Under the pieces are notes generated by a model, which ran no database searches, had not been told where the DNA came from, and was given only the letters and a program-made list of their open reading frames with translations. The translations under genes were made by a program, and so were the position numbers. DNA of 64,000 bases, taken from Streptosporangiaceae bacterium. GTDB lineage: Bacteria; Actinomycetota; Actinomycetes; Streptosporangiales; Streptosporangiaceae. This document shows positions 45,445 through 56,541 of this stretch, one piece after another. The first letter of the stretch is position 1. Each line of letters begins with the position of its first letter. Location of the stretch: positions 5,988 to 69,987 of the forward strand of contig DATCFY010000058.1 of assembly GCA_036509255.1 (NCBI GenBank). Reading direction: 5' to 3'.

Positions 45445-48058
45445 ATGAGTACCGATTCCCGCCCCGCTGCCGCCGAGCTGCGGCAGGCCAGCCCGATGCC
45501 GCTCAAGCCGTCGCTTGAGGGCATCGAGGAGAAGTGGTCACGCCGGTGGGAAGAGGCGGGAGTAGTACAAGTTTGACGCTTCCGCCCCTCGTGAGGCGGT
45601 CTTCTCCATTGACACTCCCCCGCTGACCGTCAGCGGGGCGCTGCACATCGGGCATGTCTGCTCGTTTACCCACACCGACACGATCGCGCGGTTCCAGCGG
45701 ATGCGCGGCAAGGCGGTCTTCTACCCGATCGGCTGGGATGACAACGGCCTGCCGACCGAGCGCCGGGTGCAGAACTACTTCCACGTGCGGTGTGATCCTG
45801 CGCTCCGCTACGACCCGTCGTTCGTGCCGCCGGACCGTCCGGCGGGCGAGCCGGTGCCTGTCTCGCGGCGCAACTTCGTGGCCCTCTGCGAGCGGCTGAC
45901 CAGCCTGGACGAGCAGGCCTTCGAACAGGTCTGGCGGCGGCTGGGCCTGTCGGTGGACTGGTCCACCCAGTACCAGACCATTGGTGAGAGCGCCCGGGCC
46001 ATCTCCCAGCGCGCGTTCCTGCGGAACCTGGCCCGGGGGCAGGCGTATCTCGCCGAGGGCCCGACCCTGTGGGACGTGAGCTTCCAGACCGCGGTGGCCC
46101 AGGCCGAGCTGGAAGACCGGGAGGTGGCCGGCAGCTTCGTGCGCCTGGGATTCCGCCGCCCGGACGGCGCCGTGGTGACCGTGGCCACCACCCGCCCCGA
46201 GCTGCTGCCCGCCTGCGTGGCGCTGGTCGCGCACCCGGACGACGAGCGGTATGCGGCGCTGGCCGGCACGACGGTCACCACCCCGCTGTTCGGGGTGGAG
46301 GTGCCGGTGCGGACGCACCCGCTGGCCGACCCGGCCAAGGGCACCGGCATCGCCATGGTCTGCACGTTCGGCGACACGGCCGACGTGACCTGGTGGCGCG
46401 AGCTCGACCTGGACACCCGGCCGCTGCTCGGGCCGGACGGCCGCCTGCTGGCCACCCCGCCGGCCGGGATCGCCAGCCAGGCCGGGCGCTTGGCGTACCG
46501 GCAGCTCGCCGGGGCCACCCTGGCCGAGGCGCGGACCCGGGTCACCGCCCTGGCCCGCGCCGCCGGTGACCTGCTCGGCGAGCCGGAGCCGGTGGTGCAC
46601 CCGGTGAAGTTCTATGAGAAGGGCGACACGCCCCTGGAGATCATCACCACCCGGCAGTGGTACGTGCGCAGCGGGGGCCGCGACCCGGAGCTCCGGGACG
46701 CGCTGCTGGCCCGGGGCCGGGAGATCACCTGGCACCCGGCGTACATGCGGGCCCGGTACGAGAACTGGGTGAACGGCCTGGCCGGCGACTGGCCGGTCAG
46801 CCGGCAGCGGTTCTCGGGCGTGCCGATCCCGGTGTGGTACCCGCTGGACCCCGGCGGCGTGCCGCGTTACGACTCGCCGCTCACGCCGGATGAGGCGCGG
46901 CTGCCGGCCGACCCGGCCGCCGAGCCGCCGCCCGGGTACGCCGAGGAACAGCGCGGGCGGCCGGGCGGGTTCGCGGCCGACCCGGACGTGCTGGATACCT
47001 GGGCCACGTCCTCGCTCACCCCGCAGATCGCGGCGGGCGCCGCCAGCGGCCCGGACCTGGACCGGATCTTCCCGATGGACATGCGGCCGCAGGCCCACGA
47101 GATCATCCGGACCTGGCTGTTCTACACGGTGCTCCGCGCGCACGACGAGTACGGCGTGGCGCCGTGGCGGCATGCGGCGATCTCCGGCTGGATCCTGGAC
47201 CCGGACCGGAAGAAGATGTCCAAGTCCCGGGGGAACGTGGTGACCCCGATGGATTCGCTGCGCCAGCACGGCTCGGACGCGGCGCGGTACTGGGCGGCCA
47301 GCGGCCGCCTCGGCACCGACATGGTCTTCGATCCGGCCCAGCTGCGGGTGGGGCGGCGGCTGGCCATCAAGCTCCTCAACGCCGCCCGGTTCGTGCTGTC
47401 CTTCGCCCCAGGTGCTGGCGGGCGGGACGACGGCGGCGCGGCCGGTGGTGTGCGGAATGGAGAGGTCAGCGAGCCGCTGGACCAGGCCATGCTGGGCCGG
47501 CTGGCGGACGTGGTGACCGAGTGCACCGCGGCGTTCGAGTCCTACGACCACACGCGGGCCCTGCACGAGACCGAGTCGTTCTTCTGGTTCTTCTGCGACG
47601 ACTACCTCGAGCTGGTCAAGTCCCGGGCCTACGGCGAGCATGGGCCGCAGCCCGCCGCCTCGGCGACCGCCGCCCTCCGCGCCGCCCTGTCCGTACTGCT
47701 GCGCCTGTTCGCGCCAGTCCTCCCGTTCGTGACCGAGGAAGCCTGGTCGTGGTGGCAGGAAGGCTCCGTCCACCGGGCCAGCTGGCCCGACCCGGCCGGG
47801 CTGCGGGCCGTGGCCGGGGCGGTGGACCTCCGGCTGCTCGACGCGGCCTCGGGCGCGATCGGGGCGGTGCGCGGGGCCAAGTCGGCGGCCCGGCTGTCCA
47901 TGCGGGCCCCCGCCCGGCAGCTTGTGGTGTCGGCCGGGGAGGACGACCTGGTCCGGATCCGGGCGGTGCTCAGTGACGTGCAGGCGGCCGGCAAGGTGGA
48001 TCAGGTGGTGGTCCGCCCGTCAGCCTGCCCGGAGCCAGTGCATCACGTCACGCTCTGA
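45445..48058 (+). pseudogene. valS: Valine--tRNA ligase, interrupted by a +1 frameshift near 45565
   Basis: Frame A (45445-45576) reads MSTDSRPAAAELRQASPMPLKPSLEGIEEKWSRRWEEAGVVQV*. Frame B continues YKFDASAPREAVFSIDTPPLTVSGALHIGHV (HIGH motif)...KMSKS. One extra base lies in GTA-G-TAC. The total length is not a multiple of 3. Confidence 0.8.
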
Positions 48059-48108
48059 TGTCCGGGGGGGCGACCCGCTCCCCGGGCATCCGCAGCGGCG
48101 GCGACCCG

Positions 48109-48666
48109 TTAAGCCAGGCGGGCGGCCTGGTCGCGGCCCGCGATGCGCAGCTCGTGGAAGGACACGCTGAACCCGGATCCCTCGGGGGCCGCGCACATCA
48201 CGCCGGCCAGCAGCTCGTTGTCCGGGGGCAGGTAGACCAGGGCCGCGAGGTCGGGCGGGCCGTCGCCGGTGCTGTACCGGATCTCGACCGCGTCACCGCG
48301 GCGCGACAGCCGCAGCGCCACGTCGTCGGCGTCGTCCGGCAGGTTCGCCACGGACCAGCTGGACATGCCCAGCGTGAGCACGGTGCTGAGCCGGGGGCGG
48401 CCCTCGAAGAACTCGATCCCGGTCTTCAGCCAGGTCCGGTCGTCCGCCCGGAGCATGACGCCCGCCTGGTCGTACTGGGCCGACCAGTTCCCGCGGATCC
48501 GCACGGCCACGTCCAGGTCGCCCGCCAGCACCTCGCCGTACACGTGGCCGCTGTCCCGGATGTAGCCGTAACCGGTGACCCGCCAGAAGTCGGTGCCCGG
48601 GTCGACGTTCACCTGCAGTACGTCGTCGGTCCGCTGCCAGCTTGCCGGCTCATTCAGCCACTCCAT
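48109..48666 (-). CDS. DUF1349-family (concanavalin-like) protein
   Basis: MEWLNEPASWQ...TDFWRVTGYGYIRDSGH...YDQAGVMLRAD..WLKTGIEF pattern. Confidence 0.75.
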   Translation of the reverse strand: MEWLNEPASWQRTDDVLQVNVDPGTDFWRVTGYGYIRDSGHVYGEVLAGDLDVAVRIRGNWSAQYDQAGVMLRADDRTWLKTGIEFFEGRPRLSTVLTLGMSSWSVANLPDDADDVALRLSRRGDAVEIRYSTGDGPPDLAALVYLPPDNELLAGVMCAAPEGSGFSVSFHELRIAGRDQAARLA

Positions 48667-48733
48667 GAGTCAACGCCTCCGTGATCTAGCCGAGTCGAGG
48701 GTAGCGGTATGGAGGCCGGGTAGTCTCACGGGC

Positions 48734-49138
48734 ATGGACGAGGTGCGCCGAACAGAGACCGAATGGCGGGAAGTGCTCAGCCCGGAGGAGTACCGGGTCC
48801 TCCGCCAGGCGGGCACCGAAGCGCCGTTCACCGGAGAATACACCGACACCAAGACCGAGGGTGTCTACCGCTGCCGCGCGTGCGGGGCGGAGCTGTTCCG
48901 GTCCGACACAAAATTTGAGTCGCACTGCGGCTGGCCCAGCTTCTACCAGCCGACCGAGGACGACGCGGTGATCCTCATCGAGGACAACTCGCTCGGCGTG
49001 CGGCGGGTCGAGGCCCGCTGCGCCAACTGCGAGTCCCACCTTGGTCACGTGTTCGAGGGCGAGGGCTACGAGGTACCCACGGACCAGCGCTGGTGCATCA
49101 ATTCCGTGTCGCTGACTCTGGAGCCCACCGAAGGCTGA
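48734..49138 (+). CDS. msrB: Peptide-methionine (R)-S-oxide reductase
   Basis: Two CxxC pairs (CRACG, CANCE), GWPSF, HLGHVF and RWCINS. Confidence 0.9.
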   Translation: MDEVRRTETEWREVLSPEEYRVLRQAGTEAPFTGEYTDTKTEGVYRCRACGAELFRSDTKFESHCGWPSFYQPTEDDAVILIEDNSLGVRRVEARCANCESHLGHVFEGEGYEVPTDQRWCINSVSLTLEPTEG

Positions 49139-49176
49139 CCCCGCCGCCCGCCGCTGTCGTCGCCCGGCACCCGGTC

Positions 49177-49307
49177 CCACGAGTCACACTGGCCCCTCCA
49201 GCCCACATTTCACTCGCATTATGCGCCGAAGCGGACAAAACACCCCGGAAAAGTGCACGTTCCGCGTGAAATGCCGGCGGCCGTCCCATGATCAATGTGA
49301 CTCGTGG
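49177..49307. other. Nested inverted repeats (12-bp outer, 8-bp inner) in the msrB-MMPL intergenic region
   Basis: CCACGAGTCACA (49177-49188) pairs with TGTGACTCGTGG (49296-49307). CATTTCAC (49206-49213) pairs with GTGAAATG (49266-49273). Confidence 0.5.
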
Positions 49308-49537
49308 TGCTGGTGGTACGGGGGTGGGCACGTACAGGCAGGACGCGGTGATGAACCTCAGCGCGGTCCGGGCCACGCAACTGCTCACCTGAAACTCAAG
49401 AATCCTGATTCACGCAGGTTTCGTTCATGTCGGGATGAGCGGCATGGATGGGACGACTTCCTGACATTAGGCAATGCCCTGGGTGGGTACTGTCCCCGGT
49501 GACGCGTAGGTGCGGATGCCGTCCGGGGGGGCGCATT

Positions 49538-51829
49538 ATGGGTAATTTCATGGCCGGGCTGGCCCGGTTCGCCATCCGGTTCCGCTACGCGATCATCGCT
49601 TTCTGGATCGTCGCGGGTGCCTTGTGCATCGCCTTGTTCCCCACGCTGTCCAGCGCGGTTAACACTGACAACAGCTCGTTCCTCCCGCCCAGCTCGCCGA
49701 GCGTGCACGCGATGAATCTGGCGGCGCCCTTCCAGCCCACCAACGACACCACCGGCACCCTGGTCGCGGCGGGCAAGTCCTCGCTGAGCTCGAGCGATCA
49801 GCAGTCCATCACCAAGCTCGAGGACAAGATCGCCAAGGACGACCACGTCGTCTCGGTGTCTGACCAGGGCCTGTCCAAGGACGGCAAGGTCAGCAAGGCC
49901 CAGCTGGTCATCAACGTGCTGACCTCGAGCACCAAGGCGTCCCCCACCGTCGCGGCCATCCGCTCCACGATGAGCAGCTTCGCGCTGCCGGCCGGCCTGT
50001 CCGCGTATCTGACCGGGCAGCTGCCCAGCGCGGTGGACAACCAGAATTCCCAGGCCCACGCCCAGAAGCTCACCGAGGACCTGTCGGTCCTGGTCATCCT
50101 GGTCATGCTGATCATCGTGTTCCGGGCGGTGGGCGCGCCGCTGGTCACCCTGCTGCCCGCGATCTGGGTGCTGCTGATGTCCGGCGCCATCATCGCCGAG
50201 GCGTCCAAGGCCGGGCTGCAGGTGTCCACCATCACCGAGACCATGCTCACCGTGCTGCTGCTCGGCGCGGGCACCGACTACGGCCTGTTCTTCATCATGC
50301 GGGTGCGCGAGGAGATCGCCGCGGGCGCGACGCCGCACCAGGCCATCGAGCGCGCGGGCCGGTACGTGGGCGAGTCGATCACGTTCTCGGCCGGCACGGT
50401 CATCGTCGCCCTGCTCTGCCTGCTGCTGGCCTCGTTCGGCCTCTACTCCGGACTCGGCCCGGCGCTGGCGCTGGGCGTGTTCCTCATGCTGCTCGCCGCG
50501 CTGACCCTGCTGCCCGCGCTGCTAGGGGTGTTCGGCCGGGCGGTGTTCTGGCCGCGACCGGTCCGGGCCGCCAAGCAGGAAGGCCTCTACGCCCGGCTCG
50601 CCGACCATGTCATCGCGCACCCGGTCGTCACCCTGGTCTGCGGCGTGGTGTTCCTGGGCGTGCTGGGCGTGTTCGCGGCCGCGTACACCTCGAGCGGTTT
50701 CGGCGGCACGACCACCGGCCCGCCCGGGAGCCAGTCCGCCAACGGCACCAACGTGATCAACAACCACTACCCGGCCGCCGTGGCGAACCCGACCCAGGTG
50801 CTGATGGTCTATCCGAAGTCGGTGTGGAAGGACCTCACCCCGGCCAGCCAGGCCGAGACCGACCTGACCAAGAAGTCCGTGTTCGCCTCGGTCGCCGGCC
50901 CGTTCGATCCGAACGGCACCAAGCTGACCACCAGCCAGCTGAACAGCCTCTACCAGGAGCTGGGGCCGCCCGGGAAGCTGCCGGCCACCGAGCCGGCCGG
51001 CACCCCGGTCCCCGCCCAGCAGTACGACCTGTACCGCTCGCTGACCCAGTTCATCAGCAGCAACGGCAAGACGGTGCAGTACTACACGTCGCTGACCGCC
51101 GGATCACCGTCGAGCACCGCGGCGCTGAATGCGACGCCCGCCGTGCGCAGCGCCACCACCAGCGTGCAGCACGCCACCGGCGCCACGGACAGCGGCGTAG
51201 CGGGGCTGGCGCCCTCCTCCTACGACGTGAGCACCGTGTCGCAGAGCGACCTGAAGGAAATCGTGCCGGTGGTGATCGTCCTGCTGGCGCTGCTGCTCGG
51301 CCTGCTGCTGCGCAGCGTGGTGGCCCCGCTCTACCTGGTCGCGACCGTGCTGCTCAGCTACTTCGCGGCGCTGGGCATCGCGGTGCTCATCTTCCAGATC
51401 GGGGTGGGTGACTCCGGGCTGAACTTCGTGCTGCCGTTCCTGCTGTTCATCTTCCTGATGGCGCTGGGCGAGGACTACAACATCCTGGTCATGTCCCGGA
51501 TCCGGGAAGAAGCGCATCATGCGCCGCTGACGGCCGCGGTCCGCACCGCCGCGCACCACACCGGGACCACGGTGACGTCGGCCGGCCTGATCCTGGCCGC
51601 GACGTTCGGCGCGGCAGGCATCACGGGCGCCACCAGCCAGATCAAGCAGCTCGGCGCGGCCATCGCGCTCGGCGTGCTGATCGACACGTTCCTGGTCCGC
51701 ACGCTGATGGTGCCGGCCATCGTGGTGCTGTGCCGGCGCTACAACTGGTGGCCGTCGCACCTGGCGCGGCGCAACGCCCAGCTGACCGTGGATACGCGGC
51801 GGGAGCAGGCGGCCACGGTCGAGAGCTGA
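49538..51829 (+). CDS. MMPL-family (RND superfamily) membrane transporter
   Basis: FAIRFRYAIIAFWIV, GAGTDYGLFFIMRVREE and a second ALGEDYNILVMSRIREE repeat. About 12 TM helices. Confidence 0.85.
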   Translation: MGNFMAGLARFAIRFRYAIIAFWIVAGALCIALFPTLSSAVNTDNSSFLPPSSPSVHAMNLAAPFQPTNDTTGTLVAAGKSSLSSSDQQSITKLEDKIAKDDHVVSVSDQGLSKDGKVSKAQLVINVLTSSTKASPTVAAIRSTMSSFALPAGLSAYLTGQLPSAVDNQNSQAHAQKLTEDLSVLVILVMLIIVFRAVGAPLVTLLPAIWVLLMSGAIIAEASKAGLQVSTITETMLTVLLLGAGTDYGLFFIMRVREEIAAGATPHQAIERAGRYVGESITFSAGTVIVALLCLLLASFGLYSGLGPALALGVFLMLLAALTLLPALLGVFGRAVFWPRPVRAAKQEGLYARLADHVIAHPVVTLVCGVVFLGVLGVFAAAYTSSGFGGTTTGPPGSQSANGTNVINNHYPAAVANPTQVLMVYPKSVWKDLTPASQAETDLTKKSVFASVAGPFDPNGTKLTTSQLNSLYQELGPPGKLPATEPAGTPVPAQQYDLYRSLTQFISSNGKTVQYYTSLTAGSPSSTAALNATPAVRSATTSVQHATGATDSGVAGLAPSSYDVSTVSQSDLKEIVPVVIVLLALLLGLLLRSVVAPLYLVATVLLSYFAALGIAVLIFQIGVGDSGLNFVLPFLLFIFLMALGEDYNILVMSRIREEAHHAPLTAAVRTAAHHTGTTVTSAGLILAATFGAAGITGATSQIKQLGAAIALGVLIDTFLVRTLMVPAIVVLCRRYNWWPSHLARRNAQLTVDTRREQAATVES

Positions 51830-51844
51830 GCTCCCCGGCGGGCG

Positions 51845-52666
51845 TTAGGGAAGCGCCGCGACCAGCTCGTGCACAGGCTTGCGGCGGCCGGTGTAGAACG
51901 GGATCTCGACCCGGGTGTGCAGCCGGGCCCGCGCCCCGCGCAGGTGGCGCATCAGGTCCACGATCCGGTGCAGCTCGTCCGCTTCGAACGCGAGCATCCA
52001 CTCGTAGTCGTTGAGGGAGAAACAGGCCACCGTGTTGGCCCGGACGTCCGGGTACTCGCGGGCCATCTTCCCGTGCTCGGCGAGCAGCTCGCGCCGCTGC
52101 CCCGGATCCATCAGGTACCACTCATAGGACCGGACGAACGGGTACACCGAGACGTAGGCACGGGGTTCTTCGTCGGCCAGGAACGCGGGCACGTGGCTCT
52201 TGTTGAACTCCGCGGGCCGGTGCAGCGCCATCGCCGACCAGACCGGCTCGCTGGCCCGGCCCAGCGCGGTCCGCCGGAAGCGGGCGTACATCTCCTGCAG
52301 GTCATCGGCGGTCGGCGCGTGCCACCAGAACATGTAGTCGGCGTCGGCCCGCAGGCCCTGCAGGTCGTAGCAGCCGCGGGTAACCACGTCCTTGCCCGCC
52401 GCCTGCCGGGTCAGCTCGGCCACCTCGTCGGCCAGCCCGTCCCGGCCAACTCCCGCGAGCGACCCGGCCGCCTCCAGGGCGCCGGAGCCGGCAATCCGGA
52501 ACACGGACCACATCGTGTAGCGGATGAGCTCGTTCAGGTCCCGGGCGCGCAGCCGCTGTGCCTGCGGTTCCGGAGCTGGGTCAGCCGGGAGCACGGCGGC
52601 ACCCGCCCCCCCGGCGATGTTCTCCTCAGGGAGGCCTTCTGCCGCCACGCCTTCAGTCGTTCCCAT
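51845..52666 (-). CDS. hemQ: Coproheme decarboxylase / chlorite-dismutase-family heme synthase
   Basis: [18 protein letters not shown] and [14 protein letters not shown] signatures. It sits directly downstream of hemY. Confidence 0.85.
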   Translation of the reverse strand: MGTTEGVAAEGLPEENIAGGAGAAVLPADPAPEPQAQRLRARDLNELIRYTMWSVFRIAGSGALEAAGSLAGVGRDGLADEVAELTRQAAGKDVVTRGCYDLQGLRADADYMFWWHAPTADDLQEMYARFRRTALGRASEPVWSAMALHRPAEFNKSHVPAFLADEEPRAYVSVYPFVRSYEWYLMDPGQRRELLAEHGKMAREYPDVRANTVACFSLNDYEWMLAFEADELHRIVDLMRHLRGARARLHTRVEIPFYTGRRKPVHELVAALP

Positions 52667-52671
52667 AGCTC

Positions 52672-54225
52672 CTATTCTCCGCCTTGCGCTGGTGTGCCGC
52701 TGACCGGCGTGCCGCTGACCGGTGTGCTGCCGATCCGGAGCCTGACCATCACCTGATCTGCCGCGGCCTGCGCGGTGCCGATGACCGCGGGAATGCCGAC
52801 CCCGGCGTAGGCGGCGCCGCAGGCCGCCAGGCTGGGCTGGGCCGCGAGGCTGGCCTGGATCCGGGCGACGCGGTCCAGGTGCCCGACCGTGTACTGGGGC
52901 AGCGCGCCGCCCCAGCGGGTGACCAGCGCATCGGCCGGTGCGCCCCGGACCCCGGTCGCGGCGGCCAGGTCGGCGGCGGCCAGCGCGGCGAGATCCTCGT
53001 CGTCGCGTTGCAGGATGGCCTCTTCCGAGATCCGGCCGACCGAGCAGCGCACGAACACCAGCCCGGGTGCGCGGTCACGCAGGTGCGGCCACTTGACCGA
53101 GGAGAACGTGACCGCCTTCACGGGTCGTCCGTCCACCGCCGGAACGAGGTACCCGCTTCCGTCCGGCAGCTGGGGGAAGGCCGTATCGGGATAGGCCAGG
53201 GTGACGATGGCCATACTCGCGTAGCTGATCTCGCCGAGTGCCGTCGCTGCCCCAGCCGCACCCGGCACCCCGCCGAGCAGCCTGCTGGCTGGCCGGCCGG
53301 GCAGGGCCAGGATGACCGCGTCGGCCTCCAGGTACTCCGGGGCGTGCGCTGAGCCGATGGTGAGCCGCCAGCCCCGCGGCCCGCGGACCAGGCCGCGGAC
53401 CATGGCCCCGGTCCGTACTTCGGCGCCCGAGGCGGCCGCCAGGACCGGCGGCAGCGTGCCCAGGCCGCCGCGCAGGGTGGTGAACACGGCGGGCCGCGCG
53501 GCGGGCGGGCCGGATGGTGGCGGGCTGGGAGGCGGGGACGGCAGCAGCGAGGCGGCCGCGCCGGCCAGTGAGGCGTGCGTGCGGGACGCCTGGGCCAGGC
53601 CGGGCAGCGTGGCCTCGAACGACAGTTCCTCCGACCGCCCGGCGTATACCCCGCCGAGCAGCGGGTCGACCAGCCGGTCCACGATCTCCGGGCCGAACCG
53701 CGCCGCCACGAAGCTGGCCACCGGCACGTCACCGTCCCGGTGCGTCGCGGGCAGCTCCGGCTCCCGGCTGGCCCGGGCCAGCCCTTCCGCCGAGAGCAGC
53801 CCGGTCTGGCCCAGCTCCCCGATATCCGCGGGCACGCCCATGAACTGCCGGGCGGGCAGCCGGTGCATCCCGCCGCGGCTCCAGATCCGGGCCGTGGTGG
53901 TCCCCGGCGAGACCAGCTCGCCGCCGAGGCCGGCCGCCTGGATCAGCCCCGTGCCCTCGGGCCTGCGGGCCAGCAGGGCCTCGGCTCCCACGTCCACGCC
54001 GGACCCCGCGACCTCGGCCACAGACAGCTTGCCGCCCAGCTGGGGCGATCCTTCCAGGACGACGACCCGCACCGGTGCATCACGGAGGAAGAACGCCGCG
54101 GACAGCCCGGCGATCCCGGCCCCGATAATCGCGACTACCGGCTGGCCTGCTCCAGACTGGCCTGCTCCAGACTGGCCGACCCCGGACTGCCCTGCCGCAG
54201 GGTGCCTTGCGTCAGACTCCTTCAC
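52672..54225 (-). CDS. hemY: Protoporphyrinogen/coproporphyrinogen III oxidase (FAD)
   Basis: [17 protein letters not shown] dinucleotide fold, and family-typical length and C-terminal region. Pentapeptide repeats occur at both termini. Confidence 0.85.
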   Translation of the reverse strand: MKESDARHPAAGQSGVGQSGAGQSGAGQPVVAIIGAGIAGLSAAFFLRDAPVRVVVLEGSPQLGGKLSVAEVAGSGVDVGAEALLARRPEGTGLIQAAGLGGELVSPGTTTARIWSRGGMHRLPARQFMGVPADIGELGQTGLLSAEGLARASREPELPATHRDGDVPVASFVAARFGPEIVDRLVDPLLGGVYAGRSEELSFEATLPGLAQASRTHASLAGAAASLLPSPPPSPPPSGPPAARPAVFTTLRGGLGTLPPVLAAASGAEVRTGAMVRGLVRGPRGWRLTIGSAHAPEYLEADAVILALPGRPASRLLGGVPGAAGAATALGEISYASMAIVTLAYPDTAFPQLPDGSGYLVPAVDGRPVKAVTFSSVKWPHLRDRAPGLVFVRCSVGRISEEAILQRDDEDLAALAAADLAAATGVRGAPADALVTRWGGALPQYTVGHLDRVARIQASLAAQPSLAACGAAYAGVGIPAVIGTAQAAADQVMVRLRIGSTPVSGTPVSGTPAQGGE

Positions 54226-54310
54226 CCGTTCACCCTAAGGGTGCCGCCTGGCCACCTAGGTAGATGATCACCCAGGGAAGGCGGCTAGATGCTCATGGGG
54301 GGCGGATCAG

Positions 54311-55525
54311 GTGACGATCCAGTACGGCGGGCTGCTCGTGGTGGCGGTGGCCGCTTTCCTGGCGCCGCTGGCGGCACGGCTGGTACCGCGGCGGCTCGTG
54401 CCGTCCGTGGTGCTCGAAGTGCTGGCCGGGATCGTGATCGGCCCGCAGGTCCTGGGCCTGGTCCGGGCTCAGGGCGCGGCCGAGGTTCTGTACCTGCTGG
54501 GGCTGGGCTTCCTGCTCTTCCTGGCCGGGCAGGACGTGCGGCCGGAGCGCTTCCGGGGCCCAACGTTCCGGCTGGCCGGGACCGCCTTCCTGGTGTCCGC
54601 GGTGCTGGCCGTCCCGGTTGCCTTCGGGCTGCACGCGATCGCGCCCGGCGCGGACGTGCGGCTGCTGGCTCTCTGCCTGGTGGCCAGCACGCTCGGGGTG
54701 CTCGTCCCGGTCCTGCGCGACGCTGAGGAGATCACCACCGAGTTCGGCCAGCTCCTCGTGATAGCTGGCTCGGTCGGCGAGTTCGGCTCGCTTCTCCTGC
54801 TGACCATCCTGTTCTCCGCCCAGCCCGAGTCCACCCTGGTCCAGGTGATCTACGTGCTGGCGATGGGGGCCGCCGCGCTGCTGCTCGCCCTGGTGCTGAA
54901 GAGGCTGTGGCGGACCCCGCTGATGGCCCGGGTCTTCGCCGACACTGACGAGGACACCAGCCAGCTGCGGGTCCGCGGCGCGTTCGTGACCCTGCTGCTG
55001 TTCACCGCGCTGGCCCACCAGTTCGGCGTGGACGCGCTGCTCGGCGCCTTCATCGCCGGCATGGTGGTGGGCATCTCCGACGGGGACGAGCGGCCCAACC
55101 AGGAACGGTACTGGGCCAAGCTCCGGGCGATCGGCTACGGGTTCCTGGTGCCGGTGTTCTTCGTGATGACCGGGGTTCAGTTCAACGTGCGGGCACTCGT
55201 GGCGCACACCTCGTCGCTGGCGCTGGTCCCGCTGCTGGTGCTGGCGATCGCGGTGGTGCGCGGCGGCCCGGCCCTGCTGTACCGGCGCAAGCTGGGCACC
55301 GCGCCCGCGGCCGCAGCCGGCCTGCTCCAGGCCACCACGCTGACCTTCCCGGTGGTGGTGGCAGACCTGGGCAGCGAGCTCGGCCTGCTCAGCCCGGCCA
55401 GCGCGGCCGCCCTGATCGGCGCCTCACTGCTGTCTGTGCTGCTGTTCCCGGCCGCCGCGCTCGCGCTCCGGCCATGGACCAGGACGCCGGCCCCGGAACG
55501 CGACGAGGACGTTGCGAAGCTGTGA
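54311..55525 (+). CDS. Cation:proton antiporter (CPA-type Na+/H+ exchanger family)
   Basis: 404 aa, about 11-12 TM helices, with LEVLAGIVIGPQVLG and FLLFLAG motifs. Confidence 0.8.
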   Translation: MTIQYGGLLVVAVAAFLAPLAARLVPRRLVPSVVLEVLAGIVIGPQVLGLVRAQGAAEVLYLLGLGFLLFLAGQDVRPERFRGPTFRLAGTAFLVSAVLAVPVAFGLHAIAPGADVRLLALCLVASTLGVLVPVLRDAEEITTEFGQLLVIAGSVGEFGSLLLLTILFSAQPESTLVQVIYVLAMGAAALLLALVLKRLWRTPLMARVFADTDEDTSQLRVRGAFVTLLLFTALAHQFGVDALLGAFIAGMVVGISDGDERPNQERYWAKLRAIGYGFLVPVFFVMTGVQFNVRALVAHTSSLALVPLLVLAIAVVRGGPALLYRRKLGTAPAAAAGLLQATTLTFPVVVADLGSELGLLSPASAAALIGASLLSVLLFPAAALALRPWTRTPAPERDEDVAKL

Positions 55526-55570
55526 CCCCGGTGCCGGAACCAGGATGGCTGCCCAGCGCGTCCGAGCCGC

Positions 55571-56521
55571 ATGACATCGTCTTTGCTGTTCCGGGCCGCC
55601 GCGTCGAGCGCGCTGCTCGCCGGGGCCTGCCTGATCGCCGCCGGATGCTCGTCCGGGGGCTCCGGGTCATCGTCGTCCGCGATGCCCGCACCCGCGGCCG
55701 TCGCCGCGGGCGGCGCGCACGGCTCGGCTCCCCAGGGATCGGCCGTTCAGGGATCGGCCGCCCAGGGGGGCATCTCCCTGACGTCGCGGCCCGCCCCCAC
55801 GTCGATCATCTACTCGGCCAGCCTGACCGTGCGGACCGCCGACCTCACCCGGGCCGCGGCCCAGGCGACGCAGCTGGCCCGCGCCGCGGGCGGGTACGTG
55901 TCCAGTGAGAACACCGCGCTCAACCGGGCGCACCCGGACCGGTCCACGGTCAGCCTCCAGCTGAAGATCCCGGTCAGCGCATACCCGGCCACCCTCGCCG
56001 CGCTGTCCACCCAGCTTGGCGTCAGGCTGGCGATGTCGCAGCAGGCCCAGGACGTCACCCAGACCGTCGCCGACGTGAACAGCCGGGTGACCTCAGCGCA
56101 GGCCGCGATCAGCCAGCTGCGCAGGCTGCTGAGCCACGCGGGCTCGGTCAGCGGCCTGCTCACCGTGCAGAACCAGATCAACAACGAGGAGTCCGGCCTG
56201 GAATCGCTGCTTGCCCGCCAGCGCGCCCTGGCTCACGAGACGTCCTTCGGGACCGTGAACGTGCTCCTGGTCGCCCCCTCCGCCCACGCGCGGCACCACG
56301 CCCGGCATCATTCGGCCGGTTTCGTGGGCGGCCTGACAGCGGGCTGGCACGGCCTGGTGCGGGTGGTCTCCCTGGTGCTCACCGGGGCCGGGGCCGCGCT
56401 CCCGTTCGCCGTGATCCTGGCCGTGCTCGGCTACCTCGCCTATTGCACCCGCCGCTGGTTCGGCCGCCGCCGCAGTACGCCCGCCGGCCAGGGGCCGCCC
56501 GACCCCGCGGGCCAGACCTGA
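55571..56521 (+). CDS. DUF4349-family lipoprotein
   Basis: Lipobox LIAAGCSS. YSASLTVRTADLTRAAAQATQLARAAGGYVSSEN, a coiled-coil middle region and a C-terminal TM helix. Confidence 0.7.
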   Translation: MTSSLLFRAAASSALLAGACLIAAGCSSGGSGSSSSAMPAPAAVAAGGAHGSAPQGSAVQGSAAQGGISLTSRPAPTSIIYSASLTVRTADLTRAAAQATQLARAAGGYVSSENTALNRAHPDRSTVSLQLKIPVSAYPATLAALSTQLGVRLAMSQQAQDVTQTVADVNSRVTSAQAAISQLRRLLSHAGSVSGLLTVQNQINNEESGLESLLARQRALAHETSFGTVNVLLVAPSAHARHHARHHSAGFVGGLTAGWHGLVRVVSLVLTGAGAALPFAVILAVLGYLAYCTRRWFGRRRSTPAGQGPPDPAGQT

Positions 56522-56541
56522 ACGGCCGCCGTCCGCGTGCC

